DNA from: a virus
Lineage: Duplodnaviria > Caudoviricetes
Length of the DNA: 64,000 nt
Strand: one strand, 5' to 3'
Virus record (IMG/VR): IMGVR_UViG_2890318599_000001
Span: 655-64,654 of that record
The position numbers and the translations under genes were made by a program. This document shows, piece after piece, positions 1 through 8,993 of this stretch. The notes under the pieces are model-generated. The model made no database searches and was not told where the DNA came from. It saw only the letters and a list, made by a program, of their open reading frames with translations. The first letter of the stretch is position 1. Every line of letters starts with the position of its first letter.

Positions 1-561
1 GTTACACTTACCCTATCACAACGCAAAGAAATAAACGAATTTCTTTATAAAGCCCATTATCCATTTTGGAGGTATATGCAAATTTTCTTCCATTCAGGAG
101 CCAGGAGTTCAGAATTATTCAACCTGAAAATACAAGATGTAGATTTAAAAAATCAGACTTATTTAGCTAATATAAAAAAGGGTGGACAAAATAAAATTGT
201 AGAAAAAGTCATAAAGGACATCGCTCTACCCTATTGGCATGAGTTAATATCTAAGTGTAAGGAAAATGATTACTTATTTTCTTTCGGGTTTACACCTGGA
301 ACACAACGTGCTAACACAGACAGAATAAATAAACTTTGGAAGATGTTAGTTAAAGATAATGATAAACTCGGAAGGCCGCAGGCAGATTTTTACAGTCTTA
401 AACATACGCACTCAACCGAAGTAGTTGATCTGATTAATAAACACCAGGCAGCTGAACACAATAGTCATACAACCACAAAAATGGTTGACACTGTATATGA
501 TGTAAGAGCTGAAGCACGAAAGGCGGAAACTGTAAAAGAGCTGAAGAATGCATTTGCCTGA
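1..561 (+). CDS. Tyrosine recombinase/integrase, C-terminal catalytic part (5' truncated by window)
   Basis: SGARSSEL (catalytic Arg box), YSLKHTH box, C-terminal Tyr (VYD); reading frame appears open upstream of the ATG at 76. Confidence 0.85.
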   Translation, partial: VTLTLSQRKEINEFLYKAHYPFWRYMQIFFHSGARSSELFNLKIQDVDLKNQTYLANIKKGGQNKIVEKVIKDIALPYWHELISKCKENDYLFSFGFTPGTQRANTDRINKLWKMLVKDNDKLGRPQADFYSLKHTHSTEVVDLINKHQAAEHNSHTTTKMVDTVYDVRAEARKAETVKELKNAFA

Positions 562-585
562 TTTTACAATCATAATATGATGTGT

Positions 586-621
586 TAAAATGAGCGACCT
601 GAGGTTAGGCCGCTCATTTTT
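586..621. terminator. Bidirectional intrinsic terminator between integrase and the convergent ORF
   Basis: aaaatgagcg...cgctcatttt inverted repeat with A/T tails on both sides. Confidence 0.7.
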
Positions 622-904
622 AAATTTCAAATTCAAATCCCATTTCTATCAATTGGTTTGCTAATGGAGAATCATTAGGCGTACCCATGATATCAATTCT
701 TGCCTGTGCCTGAGCTTGAACAGCAGGAATGGCAGCTATAACCTCATTATCGGACAAGTCAGATTTGCTTACAAAATCAGTCCCATCTATTTGAGCTGAC
801 AATGTACTTGTTAAAACATTTTCCTCGTTTACAATCTTCGTGCCGGTATTTAAGTCAACTTTCAATTTGATTTCATGCTCTGCGTATGTAATTGTCTTTT
901 GCAT
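620..904 (-). CDS. Hypothetical protein
   Basis: 94-aa ORF with a TAacTTTG promoter motif at 917-924 (minus) and a terminator downstream. Confidence 0.7.
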   Translation of the reverse strand: MQKTITYAEHEIKLKVDLNTGTKIVNEENVLTSTLSAQIDGTDFVSKSDLSDNEVIAAIPAVQAQAQARIDIMGTPNDSPLANQLIEMGFEFEI

Positions 905-997
905 TTTCTTTTTTCACAAAGTTAGCTAATTAGTTATTAAATATTCTTTTAGAATACTTCTTATTGAATTCATAAATGAACTTATTATTTTTGCTAC

Positions 998-1264
998 ATG
1001 CAAAAGCAAGTTCCACAAAATCCGGAAGTGATATCAGAAGTAGCCAGATTGAAAGAATTTTTTGAAACAACTCCGATACTTATTAAAGAATGGAGGGAGG
1101 GCTGCATGGTTGTAAAGGATATACCAAAGTTCATACAGCTGGAATTGAATGCTGCAGCAACATTTAATCCACAACATCCATTTAATCCACCTTTGAAGCG
1201 CTTACTACTGCTTGAACAGGCAGTTAGGAATCAAATTACGGCACCTAAGCAGTCAATTGCTTAG
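998..1264 (+). CDS. Hypothetical protein
   Basis: 88-aa ORF, divergent from 620..904. Confidence 0.6.
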   Translation: MQKQVPQNPEVISEVARLKEFFETTPILIKEWREGCMVVKDIPKFIQLELNAAATFNPQHPFNPPLKRLLLLEQAVRNQITAPKQSIA

Positions 1265-2033
1265 GTGAAAACGATTTTATATACTTAATCCTTTCAATAA
1301 TCAGGTCTATTTGGCCAAGTTCGCCGCTACCTGTTTGTTCCTCAACATTTACCAATACCACGTCTATACTACGCATGTTGGAAGATATAAACATCTGAAG
1401 TTCTTCCTTAAAAACTGATACAGAACTTATTAACGGATTCATCTTATCAATCCTTAATTCTGTTTCGTTTAAATACTTACAGTATTGAAAAACAAATCCA
1501 ATTAATATTCCCAAATCGTCTATGCTTGGTTTGCCTGGATGATAATAATAGCTGATTATTTTTTCATCAGTTTTGGGCACATTGTCTTCTTTGTTTTTCT
1601 TTAAATGGCCTAAAATATTTTCTCTGGTTCTTGCTAAATTTATTAAAAGAGTATCTATACTACCTTTAGTGTCTTTATTAAATAAAGGATATGTCTTCTG
1701 AGTAATAATGTTATTGTAGTGATTTATTTTATCGAAATAAAATTGTGAGTTTCTGCTTATTGATTCTTCATTTATTTGTTCCTGAACCAATTTATTTGCT
1801 TTTACTTGCTCCCTGAAGCTATAAAATACAAGAAGTGAGGATATTATGCCAATAATTGGGGCTGTCATACCTCCAATTGAATCGCCTATTTTACTTGAAT
1901 TATCATTATTATAAGATGGTAAAAATGCAATGTGCAAGGATGAAATAAGGGCCGGTATTGTATAAACAACAATGGCAAATAAAACGCCTATTCCGATAGC
2001 TTGAAATATAATATTGTTTTTTTTGGGTTTCAT
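1245..2033 (-). CDS. Membrane protein with two N-terminal TM helices, putative Abi/defence moron
   Basis: TM-GDSIGG-TM-Q pattern followed by a helical soluble domain; AT-rich. Confidence 0.6.
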   Translation of the reverse strand: MKPKKNNIIFQAIGIGVLFAIVVYTIPALISSLHIAFLPSYNNDNSSKIGDSIGGMTAPIIGIISSLLVFYSFREQVKANKLVQEQINEESISRNSQFYFDKINHYNNIITQKTYPLFNKDTKGSIDTLLINLARTRENILGHLKKNKEDNVPKTDEKIISYYYHPGKPSIDDLGILIGFVFQYCKYLNETELRIDKMNPLISSVSVFKEELQMFISSNMRSIDVVLVNVEEQTGSGELGQIDLIIERIKYIKSFSPKQLTA

Positions 2034-2134
2034 GGCCTTTTTTTACAAATCTAATAATATAAGCCATTATTTGACACTCTTCTATTTTATGTTTGTCAAG
2101 TAAACAAAACTTAATTTCTGTACGTTTTCAGGGT

Positions 2135-2365
2135 ATGGAATTTTTAGCTATACCAATAATGATAAATGGCAACGTCCAGTATTTTGATTTCCGCTATTCT
2201 GAAAAAGATAAATATGATCAAGCTTGGCATATAACTTCTTTAGATAAAGAAACGGTTCTGGAAGAGGACTTTACAGTTATTAAAACAAATATGCCTGATT
2301 TTTGGCTAAAGCCTATGATTGATAGGTTGAAAGATATGCTGGAGAACAACGATTTTAACCCCTAA
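2135..2365 (+). CDS. Hypothetical protein upstream of umuDC
   Basis: ORF ends 9 nt before umuD; ATG at 2135 preferred over TTG at 2093. Confidence 0.55.
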   Translation: MEFLAIPIMINGNVQYFDFRYSEKDKYDQAWHITSLDKETVLEEDFTVIKTNMPDFWLKPMIDRLKDMLENNDFNP

Positions 2366-2374
2366 TTTTGGCCC

Positions 2375-2839
2375 ATGGAGTTTACACCAAAGGACAAGAT
2401 AAAGGTCTATCCAATATCTGTAGAGCAGAAGGCTGAGATAATGAAAATAGGTTTGTTCCGGGCAAAAGCGGGCTTTGCTTCGCCCGCCCAGGACTATGTT
2501 GTAAAGCCGTTTGAAATAACGGAACTGCTCATTCAACATCCTTCCAGTACATTTTTAATCGAATGTGAAGGTGACAGCATGGAGCCGGTCATACCTTGTT
2601 CAGCTTACCTGATAATTGACAGGTCCCTGCAGGTGAGAAACAATGATATTGTTCTGGCAGATTTGAACGGTGAGTTTAACGTAAAGTATTACACCCGCCG
2701 AGGTGATAAAGTAAAGCTTGTGCCGGCAAACCAGGCATATAAAACCGTTGAAATTCTAGACGGAATGGAATTTCAGGTATTTGGTGTAGTTGATTGGATT
2801 TTAATAAACCCCCGTAAAGTAAATGTTCGCCCTCGTTGA
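2375..2839 (+). CDS. umuD: UmuD-like S24 autopeptidase (Pol V subunit)
   Basis: AGFASPAQDY cleavage motif, GDSM catalytic Ser, VK catalytic Lys; overlaps umuC. Confidence 0.92.
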   Translation: MEFTPKDKIKVYPISVEQKAEIMKIGLFRAKAGFASPAQDYVVKPFEITELLIQHPSSTFLIECEGDSMEPVIPCSAYLIIDRSLQVRNNDIVLADLNGEFNVKYYTRRGDKVKLVPANQAYKTVEILDGMEFQVFGVVDWILINPRKVNVRPR

Positions 2840-4082
2840 TTGCAATAACTTCTATGCCTCATGTGAGCGCCTTTTCCAGCCTAAACTGCGAAAGGTGCCT
2901 ATTGTTGTGTTATCCAATAACGATGGCTGTGTTATAGCCCGCAGCAATGAAAGCAAGGCCTTGGGCATAAAGATGGGGGCATTGGCTTACGAAAACGAAG
3001 TGCTCTTTAAAGAAAATGGTGTAAGGGTTTTCAGTTCCAACTATACACTATACGGCGATATTTCTTCGCGGGTAATGGCAACATTAAATGAGTTCACACC
3101 TTCGATGGAAGTTTATTCTATTGATGAAGCTTTCCTTGACTTATCAAACATGGCAGGCGTTGACCTGAATTTATATACTCAGGAAATAAAGGATACAGTA
3201 CTTCATAATATCGGTATCCCTACCTGCGTTGGTGCGGCGCCATCCAAAACCCTTTCCAAGTCGGCAAACCACTTTGCCAAGAAAATGACAGCGAACGGTT
3301 CTTTCTGTATCGACTCAGAAGAAAAGCGGGAAATGGTTTTGCGCTGGCAGCCGGTCGATGATGTATGGGGCATAGGCAGGCAATACGCAATTTGGCTTAT
3401 GGCAAACAATGTCAATACAGCCTGGGAATTGGCCAATGCCAACAAAGAATGGATTAGGCAGAAAATGGGTGTGGTTGGTGTAAGACTTGTAAATGAACTT
3501 AACGGCATTTCCTGCATACCTATTGAAGAGGTACCACCGTCTAAAAAGGAAATCTGTACTTCCCGTTCGTTTAGCCATAACCTGACAGATAAGGATGAAA
3601 TCCGCCAATCAGTGGCCACACATATAACCAGATGCGCCGAAAAACTCCGGAAGCAGGGAACAGCTGCCGGCGCAATCCATGTTTTCCTACACACAAACCG
3701 GTTCAGGGATTTGCCGCAGTATTACGGTGCCCTTACAATACCGTTGCTTACAGCAACAAACCTGACTGACGAGCTCCTGCATTATGGTATGATTGCTTTT
3801 GAACGGGCATATAAAGAAGGCTACAGCTATAAAAAGTCCGGGGCTATTGTCCAGGATATTGTTCCCGCGAACCAAATCCAGCAATCCCTGTTTAGCAATA
3901 ACCCCAACCGGGAAAAAGGTGCAGCCATCATGAAAGCATTGGACGGCATAAATGGGCGGATGGGAAAAGATACTATCAGGTATGGCGCTGCCGGCTATTC
4001 AAAGAAATGGAGGTTAAGAGCAGACATGATAAGCCCAAGGTACACTACCAACTTAAATGAAATCCTAAAGGTTAAAATATAA
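2823..4082 (+). CDS. umuC: Y-family DNA polymerase V catalytic subunit
   Basis: MFALVDCNNFYASCE, SNNDGCVIARS, YSIDEAFLD, C-terminal SPRYTT motif. Confidence 0.95.
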   Translation: MFALVDCNNFYASCERLFQPKLRKVPIVVLSNNDGCVIARSNESKALGIKMGALAYENEVLFKENGVRVFSSNYTLYGDISSRVMATLNEFTPSMEVYSIDEAFLDLSNMAGVDLNLYTQEIKDTVLHNIGIPTCVGAAPSKTLSKSANHFAKKMTANGSFCIDSEEKREMVLRWQPVDDVWGIGRQYAIWLMANNVNTAWELANANKEWIRQKMGVVGVRLVNELNGISCIPIEEVPPSKKEICTSRSFSHNLTDKDEIRQSVATHITRCAEKLRKQGTAAGAIHVFLHTNRFRDLPQYYGALTIPLLTATNLTDELLHYGMIAFERAYKEGYSYKKSGAIVQDIVPANQIQQSLFSNNPNREKGAAIMKALDGINGRMGKDTIRYGAAGYSKKWRLRADMISPRYTTNLNEILKVKI

Positions 4083-4813
4083 TGTGTTACCACGTATCAA
4101 CACCAAAGAAAGCTAAACTTGAAGCCAAAGCAAGAGAAGAGAACCTGGTTATCCAAGGTGAGTTTGAACAATACTACCATGTTTCCGGATTCGCCCGCCC
4201 ATACTTACCGGTGACTATCAATACTGAACCTACTGTAATTCAACCTGCCCAATGGAAACTTATACCGCATTGGGTGGCCAATGAAGAAGGGGCAAAGAAA
4301 TACTCCAATACGCTTAATGCTGAATCTACCGGCATTTTTGATAAAGCTTCATACAAGCCTTATATTCAAAAGTTCCGTGGTCTTTTATGGATTGACGGTT
4401 TTTACGAACCGCATAAAGTTGAAGGCAAAAAGGAAACTGAGAATTACTACCTATACCGGCCCAACAATGAAATATTCACATTAGGAATTGTGTATTCTCC
4501 CTGGATAAATAAAGACACCGGAGAATTGACACATACCATTGCTGTAATCACCACACACGCAAACGAATTGCTGGCCGAGATACACAATGAAAAGAAACGC
4601 ATGCCTCTCGTTATATCAGAATCGGATAGGGAGGGATGGTTGCACGCTAAAACAAGGCCTGAGATTGAATCCTTCATGCAGCCTGCAGGAAATGATTACC
4701 TGTTAGGCCATAAAATTACCGCCCGTGTAACGAGCGGCAAGCAAGATTTTAATATACCTGAAGTACAAGAAAAAGCGCCTGAAGAAAACAAGGATAGAGG
4801 ATTATTGTTTTAA
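4082..4813 (+). CDS. SOS response-associated peptidase (SRAP, YedK/HMCES family) abasic-site protecting protein
   Basis: N-terminal MC, NAESE-like, GFYE and IHNEKKRMP motifs; coupled to umuC. Confidence 0.88.
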   Translation: MCYHVSTPKKAKLEAKAREENLVIQGEFEQYYHVSGFARPYLPVTINTEPTVIQPAQWKLIPHWVANEEGAKKYSNTLNAESTGIFDKASYKPYIQKFRGLLWIDGFYEPHKVEGKKETENYYLYRPNNEIFTLGIVYSPWINKDTGELTHTIAVITTHANELLAEIHNEKKRMPLVISESDREGWLHAKTRPEIESFMQPAGNDYLLGHKITARVTSGKQDFNIPEVQEKAPEENKDRGLLF

Positions 4814-4907
4814 CGACATTTAAAGAATTGCCACACAACAAAATTGTGAATACGTCGTTATTGATTTAGTTATTTGTAATTTTGAAAGGCAAATTATTCC
4901 TAAATAA

Positions 4908-4980
4908 TTTGGATTATTGCTCAAACTGGATATATTTGTATCAGAAAATAAATTTTAAAATATTTTTTAAAATTTATTTT
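4908..4980 (+). promoter_or_regulatory. Bacteroidota housekeeping promoter plus 16-bp inverted repeat upstream of the HEPN operon
   Basis: TTTG (4908-4911), 19-nt spacer, TAtaTTTG (4931-4938); perfect IR aaaataaattttaaaa/ttttaaaatttatttt at 4945-4980. Confidence 0.65.
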
Positions 4981-5007
4981 GCCCTGACCACCATATGAAT
5001 TAAGTTA

Positions 5008-5415
5008 ATGAGTGAATTCATTCAAAAAGCAGAATATAACTATTTGGCTGCCAAAAACCTTATCAATGAAAATCTTTTTGCGCCAAGTATTAAATGTAGC
5101 TACTACAGATGTGTACAAATAATGCTACACTATTTATATGATAAAAAGGGATTCAATGATAAAACATTTTATGAATCACGAACTACCTCTCGACACGGCT
5201 CTCACGCACATGCAATTTATTTAACTGGTTTAGATTTAATTACGAAATGCGATCGTGGTGATTATAAGTATTTTCAGGATAAAATACAGGTTTTAAAAGC
5301 CTTAAGAGAAAAATCAGATTATAAAAATTTGCCAATATCTAAAGATGAATCAAATGATGCCCTATCTATTTCAGATTCTCTTAGAAATATATTAATTAAA
5401 ACATTGAAGCTATGA
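5008..5415 (+). CDS. HEPN domain protein (UPF0332-like), putative toxin
   Basis: SIKCSYY, GSH and LREKSDY motifs typical of HEPN proteins. Confidence 0.8.
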   Translation: MSEFIQKAEYNYLAAKNLINENLFAPSIKCSYYRCVQIMLHYLYDKKGFNDKTFYESRTTSRHGSHAHAIYLTGLDLITKCDRGDYKYFQDKIQVLKALREKSDYKNLPISKDESNDALSISDSLRNILIKTLKL

Positions 5416-5945
5416 AAAGCCAAATAAAATCTTTCCTCCTAGAAGAATTGACAAAATTACAAAAGCAATTTTGTAACATTAAAATAAAGTATGCCTTTAA
5501 TATAGCTATTGAAGTCCATATTGTTGAAATAACTCCAGATACGGAATATCATTCAAATGATCGACTTGATGAATCTTGGTTAAATATTGCTATGGATTTT
5601 ATGAAGCGTTTCCCTAATGAAGAAATTTCTTTTATAACAGACGATTCTATTTTAAAAATTAAATCACCTGAATTTGTTTTACAGCCTGAGTATAGCATGA
5701 TTTTTGACTCAGCCTCATTTGACTTAATATTTGATAACTTCTCTCCGATGATTGAAAGCTCCTATGACATTATTTCTGATACCATAGAATCAACTCAAAT
5801 AGTTTACGAGACAATCAATAGTTCAATTCAAAAAGAGACCAACTATTTGCCAGGAATAAAGTTACTCACAGGAATGAAAAATAAGAGTGAGAGTGGAGTG
5901 AATAATAAACTTATTGGCAGTACTCAATATGCAATGGCGGCTTAA
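5412..5945 (+). CDS. Putative antitoxin with low-complexity ChAD-like tail and ssrA-like C-terminus
   Basis: ATGA overlap with the HEPN gene; ~90-aa globular N-terminus, acidic/aromatic repetitive tail, ends GSTQYAMAA; lies between toxin and SecB. Confidence 0.6.
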   Translation: MKSQIKSFLLEELTKLQKQFCNIKIKYAFNIAIEVHIVEITPDTEYHSNDRLDESWLNIAMDFMKRFPNEEISFITDDSILKIKSPEFVLQPEYSMIFDSASFDLIFDNFSPMIESSYDIISDTIESTQIVYETINSSIQKETNYLPGIKLLTGMKNKSESGVNNKLIGSTQYAMAA

Positions 5946-5954
5946 AATTACACC

Positions 5955-6398
5955 ATGACCACAAAAATCCATACCGCATCTTATAGAATTGAAGATGTAA
6001 TTATCATTGAGAGCAACTTTAAAAGAGATTTATCCATTAACGATGACGATGGATCAATAAAAAATCACATAAGCCTAAAAAACTCTTCAGAAAAAGATCC
6101 AGACAATAATAATTTCTGGATAATAACAGAAGCAAACATTGAGGGTAAACAAGGAGAGAAGTCAGTATTTTCTGCTAAAGTTGTTATTGTTGGCATTTTC
6201 GAAAAGATAGGTGAAGGTGAATTGGAAATGGAAACATTTAAAAGAATAAATGGGCCCGCTATGCTATTCCCTTTTTTACGAGAGCACATTGCAACAAATT
6301 GTGTCAAGGCTGGAATGAAAAAAATATTGCTTCCACCAATAAATTTCACTAAACAAGATGATGACGAGAGCGGTGAGAGTGAAGGTCTTCAAGATTAA
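5955..6398 (+). CDS. secB: SecB-like chaperone
   Basis: NGPAMLFPFLREHIA and LLPPINF motifs. Confidence 0.88.
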   Translation: MTTKIHTASYRIEDVIIIESNFKRDLSINDDDGSIKNHISLKNSSEKDPDNNNFWIITEANIEGKQGEKSVFSAKVVIVGIFEKIGEGELEMETFKRINGPAMLFPFLREHIATNCVKAGMKKILLPPINFTKQDDDESGESEGLQD

Positions 6399-6408
6399 TT
6401 TAAAAACG

Positions 6409-6447
6409 AAATAAAATTGCAGCAAATAAATTGCTGCAATTTTATTT
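6409..6447. terminator. Terminator hairpin after the HEPN-X-SecB operon
   Basis: 17-bp perfect inverted repeat aaataaaattgcagcaa/ttgctgcaattttattt. Confidence 0.7.
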
Positions 6448-6450
6448 TAC

Positions 6451-6678
6451 ATGTCTCCTATGGAACCAATTTACAAAGAAGAGAACTCGTTGCCCGGTAT
6501 CAAATCAATAGAAATATATGAAGCTGTGATCGAAGATGATAATTCCCTTTATCCTATTAAGGTTAATCAAAAGGATTACACTCTAAGAATGAACGCTGAG
6601 GGATTCTGGAGGGTTGAAGGGCTATCTGAAGAAATGAGTGTTTACATAGGTGAGCTTGTCGAATTTCACGAATTATAA
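6451..6678 (+). CDS. Small acidic hypothetical protein (paralogue family)
   Basis: LPG...YPI.V...W...YIG..VE pattern shared with 6681..6914 and 9415..9678. Confidence 0.65.
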   Translation: MSPMEPIYKEENSLPGIKSIEIYEAVIEDDNSLYPIKVNQKDYTLRMNAEGFWRVEGLSEEMSVYIGELVEFHEL

Positions 6679-6680
6679 TC

Positions 6681-6914
6681 ATGGAATATCCTCGCCTCAC
6701 ACTTATCAATCAGCTGCCTGATGTAAAAATGATTGAAATATTTGCTCCTTTCGAGCAAAACAATAGAATGGTGTATCCAGTAACTGTTGACGGGCTTAAA
6801 ACTACTTTTGAAAATACAGGCATTCATGCATGGACGGCAAAAGGCTTCGGCCTGGCATTTTCGCAAGAATTAATTGATTATATTGGTGCTGAAATTGAAC
6901 AATTTGAAATATAA
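6681..6914 (+). CDS. Small acidic hypothetical protein (paralogue family)
   Basis: LPD...YPV.V...W...YIG..IE pattern. Confidence 0.65.
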   Translation: MEYPRLTLINQLPDVKMIEIFAPFEQNNRMVYPVTVDGLKTTFENTGIHAWTAKGFGLAFSQELIDYIGAEIEQFEI

Positions 6915-6920
6915 ATTTGA

Positions 6921-7697
6921 TCACTCTATTATAACCATATTAAAAGTTGTCCCCATTCCAGATTCTCCAGATTGAAACATCCATACTGTGAAATATTCAT
7001 TTGTTACCTCCATAAGCTTATACTCATCGTAATTCACAGTTTCTATGTATACAATCGGCGGATTTGGAAATGTTGGTAACCCTTCCCCATTACTTCTTTT
7101 AATGTCCTTAAAATAATATTTGACCATATCACCGCCTTGTTTTTTATTAAAAGGTACATTTCTAATTACATACACTCCACTTTTGACAATATCCTTGTCA
7201 CTAATGCTATTAATCACTTCCGCCAGTTGATTAACTTTTCTTGAAAGGTTATCTGCTGAGCTTCCAGTATTTTCAACTATAGTAGAAGTGTTTTTATCTT
7301 TATTAATTAAATCATTGTATTTCCCGTCTAACTGTTGATATTTCGTTTGTATATCAATAAATCTTGTAGCCATTAAATCTTGACTATCCCTTAATACATT
7401 TATAGAATCCTGAGCATTCTTTAATTCGGGATCCAGTTTACCATGAATAGTAGAGGAAATCGAATCAGATATTGAAGACAATTCCTTCCTACCAATTAAA
7501 GCAACGACAGCAATTATGAGGGGAAAAACTGCTGTTATGTATTGCATCCTGTACTTTACTTCATAATATTTAGCTTCATCAATTCTTGCATTTGCATGGG
7601 TCTGTTTTGCCCTTTTTCTGTCATCCCTTATACTGACGAACAGTAAAATGCCAATTGTCAAAAGTAATAATGTGATAATAAGTCCGAGGTATTCCAT
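6921..7697 (-). CDS. Membrane-anchored coiled-coil hypothetical protein (moron)
   Basis: Two hydrophobic segments, coiled coil, C-terminal beta domain; 258 aa. Confidence 0.7.
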   Translation of the reverse strand: MEYLGLIITLLLLTIGILLFVSIRDDRKRAKQTHANARIDEAKYYEVKYRMQYITAVFPLIIAVVALIGRKELSSISDSISSTIHGKLDPELKNAQDSINVLRDSQDLMATRFIDIQTKYQQLDGKYNDLINKDKNTSTIVENTGSSADNLSRKVNQLAEVINSISDKDIVKSGVYVIRNVPFNKKQGGDMVKYYFKDIKRSNGEGLPTFPNPPIVYIETVNYDEYKLMEVTNEYFTVWMFQSGESGMGTTFNMVIIE

Positions 7698-7859
7698 ATG
7701 GGTAATTTGAGTTTAATAAACGAAATTAAATATATTTTTGAATTTTAAGTATCTATAATTACCTACCATTAGGTATAGGAATGCCCTCATGTCGTCAGTT
7801 ACTTTGCATTATAAAATTTTATTATTATGCAAAAAATTCCAACATCCTTTCAGGTATAA

Positions 7860-8156
7860 ATGAAGTATCAGGATTTATGTAGTCAAGGCAAAGGTATACA
7901 AGACCTTTCGTCTATCGAACGTATCATTATTGGCGCTCCCATTTTCACCTTATTTCAGGAATGGCTATTCCGCAAAAGGTTACTGGCTGTTTTGAAAGAA
8001 AGCTTTAAAGAGCCTGAATCCTATGTAAAATTTGAGGCTTTTATTGAGAGATATCCGAAAACCGAAAATGGACGGCAGCAGCTGGCCATTCTATTGAGTG
8101 ATGCGAGGATTGACTTTCGGATAATTAATGGCTATACTAGACGGAAATATAATTAA
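7860..8156 (+). CDS. Hypothetical protein
   Basis: 98-aa ORF, no recognised motif. Confidence 0.45.
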   Translation: MKYQDLCSQGKGIQDLSSIERIIIGAPIFTLFQEWLFRKRLLAVLKESFKEPESYVKFEAFIERYPKTENGRQQLAILLSDARIDFRIINGYTRRKYN

Positions 8157-8281
8157 ACATCAAACAGGCCAGAATAATATTCCGAGCAGCTTATTGTAAT
8201 TCTATCACAATATTCAATTATTAATGATACTATCGCAACTTTACCTCCGCGTTTCTGTTGTTGGATTCTAATATAGAATCA

Positions 8282-8353
8282 ATGAAAAAAAGAGTTATCA
8301 TAACATTGTGTATTGGAGCTATCACAGTCTTATTAATCTTGAAACTGATGTAA
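8282..8353 (+). CDS. 23-aa hydrophobic micropeptide MKKRVIITLCIGAITVLLILKLM
   Basis: Read from sequence, below the ORF-track cutoff; basic N-terminus plus one TM helix. Confidence 0.35.
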   Translation: MKKRVIITLCIGAITVLLILKLM

Positions 8354-8437
8354 AATTACAGTGGTTGAAAATATGTATCCATAATCTAATCGTGTAAATT
8401 CTGTTGTCTTACAAATTCTTTTTTTTGTTTTATTTTT

Positions 8438-8514
8438 TACTTTTGCAACGGTATTTTCTATGGCTAGAAATACATTTGTTTAAGCATGCAGTTTTAAAGC
8501 TGCATGCTTTTTTT
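8438..8514 (+). ncRNA. Putative small RNA unit (promoter, hairpin, terminator)
   Basis: TActTTTG at 8438-8445, hairpin gtattttcta/tagaaatac, terminator aagcatgcag/ctgcatgctt plus T run; no ORF. Confidence 0.45.
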
Positions 8515-8583
8515 GAACTATTAAACCGATATTTCGTTATCAATGCGGTTAACGATTATCCTATATAATTGTTTAGTGAAATT

Positions 8584-8617
8584 GAAAAGTATGCCTCCCG
8601 GTATGCTTTTCTTTTTT
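8584..8617 (+). terminator. Terminator-like hairpin
   Basis: gaaaagtatgcc-tccc-ggtatgcttttc followed by T run. Confidence 0.5.
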
Positions 8618-8993
8618 AGCCGTGCTTAATCATTATAAATACATTTAATTAACGATTGAGTTGAAAAGCAAAGTGCAGGACAGGAATTTTTTAGATTAAT
8701 TTAAATGCCATTTTCTTGTGCATTTTTTTCAGTTAATTATAAGCTACAAGAGCTTAAGCCGGCCCAAGAATGTGGCGGCATTAACCGCGTCATAATAATT
8801 ATGACTGACATACTACATTACGAACTGCGTTTTGTTCATCTCAATTTACCGAATCACTAATTACTTTGTGGAAAGTAATAATTTATAAAAAATAATTATT
8901 CCAAACTTAACCTTATCTTCATCTTCTGTTATTTATTCAGGGTTGAGCTAATGCTTTGAATCTTCTAGCGGATTACCTAATCCATCAAAGAAA

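Noticed and set aside
562-620. Possible att site downstream of the integrase (imperfect palindrome atcata-a-tatgat)
   Set aside because: No second copy or host tRNA end seen in the window; cannot be supported
2034-2134. LexA/SOS box upstream of umuDC
   Set aside because: No convincing match to known boxes; only a 6-bp inverted repeat
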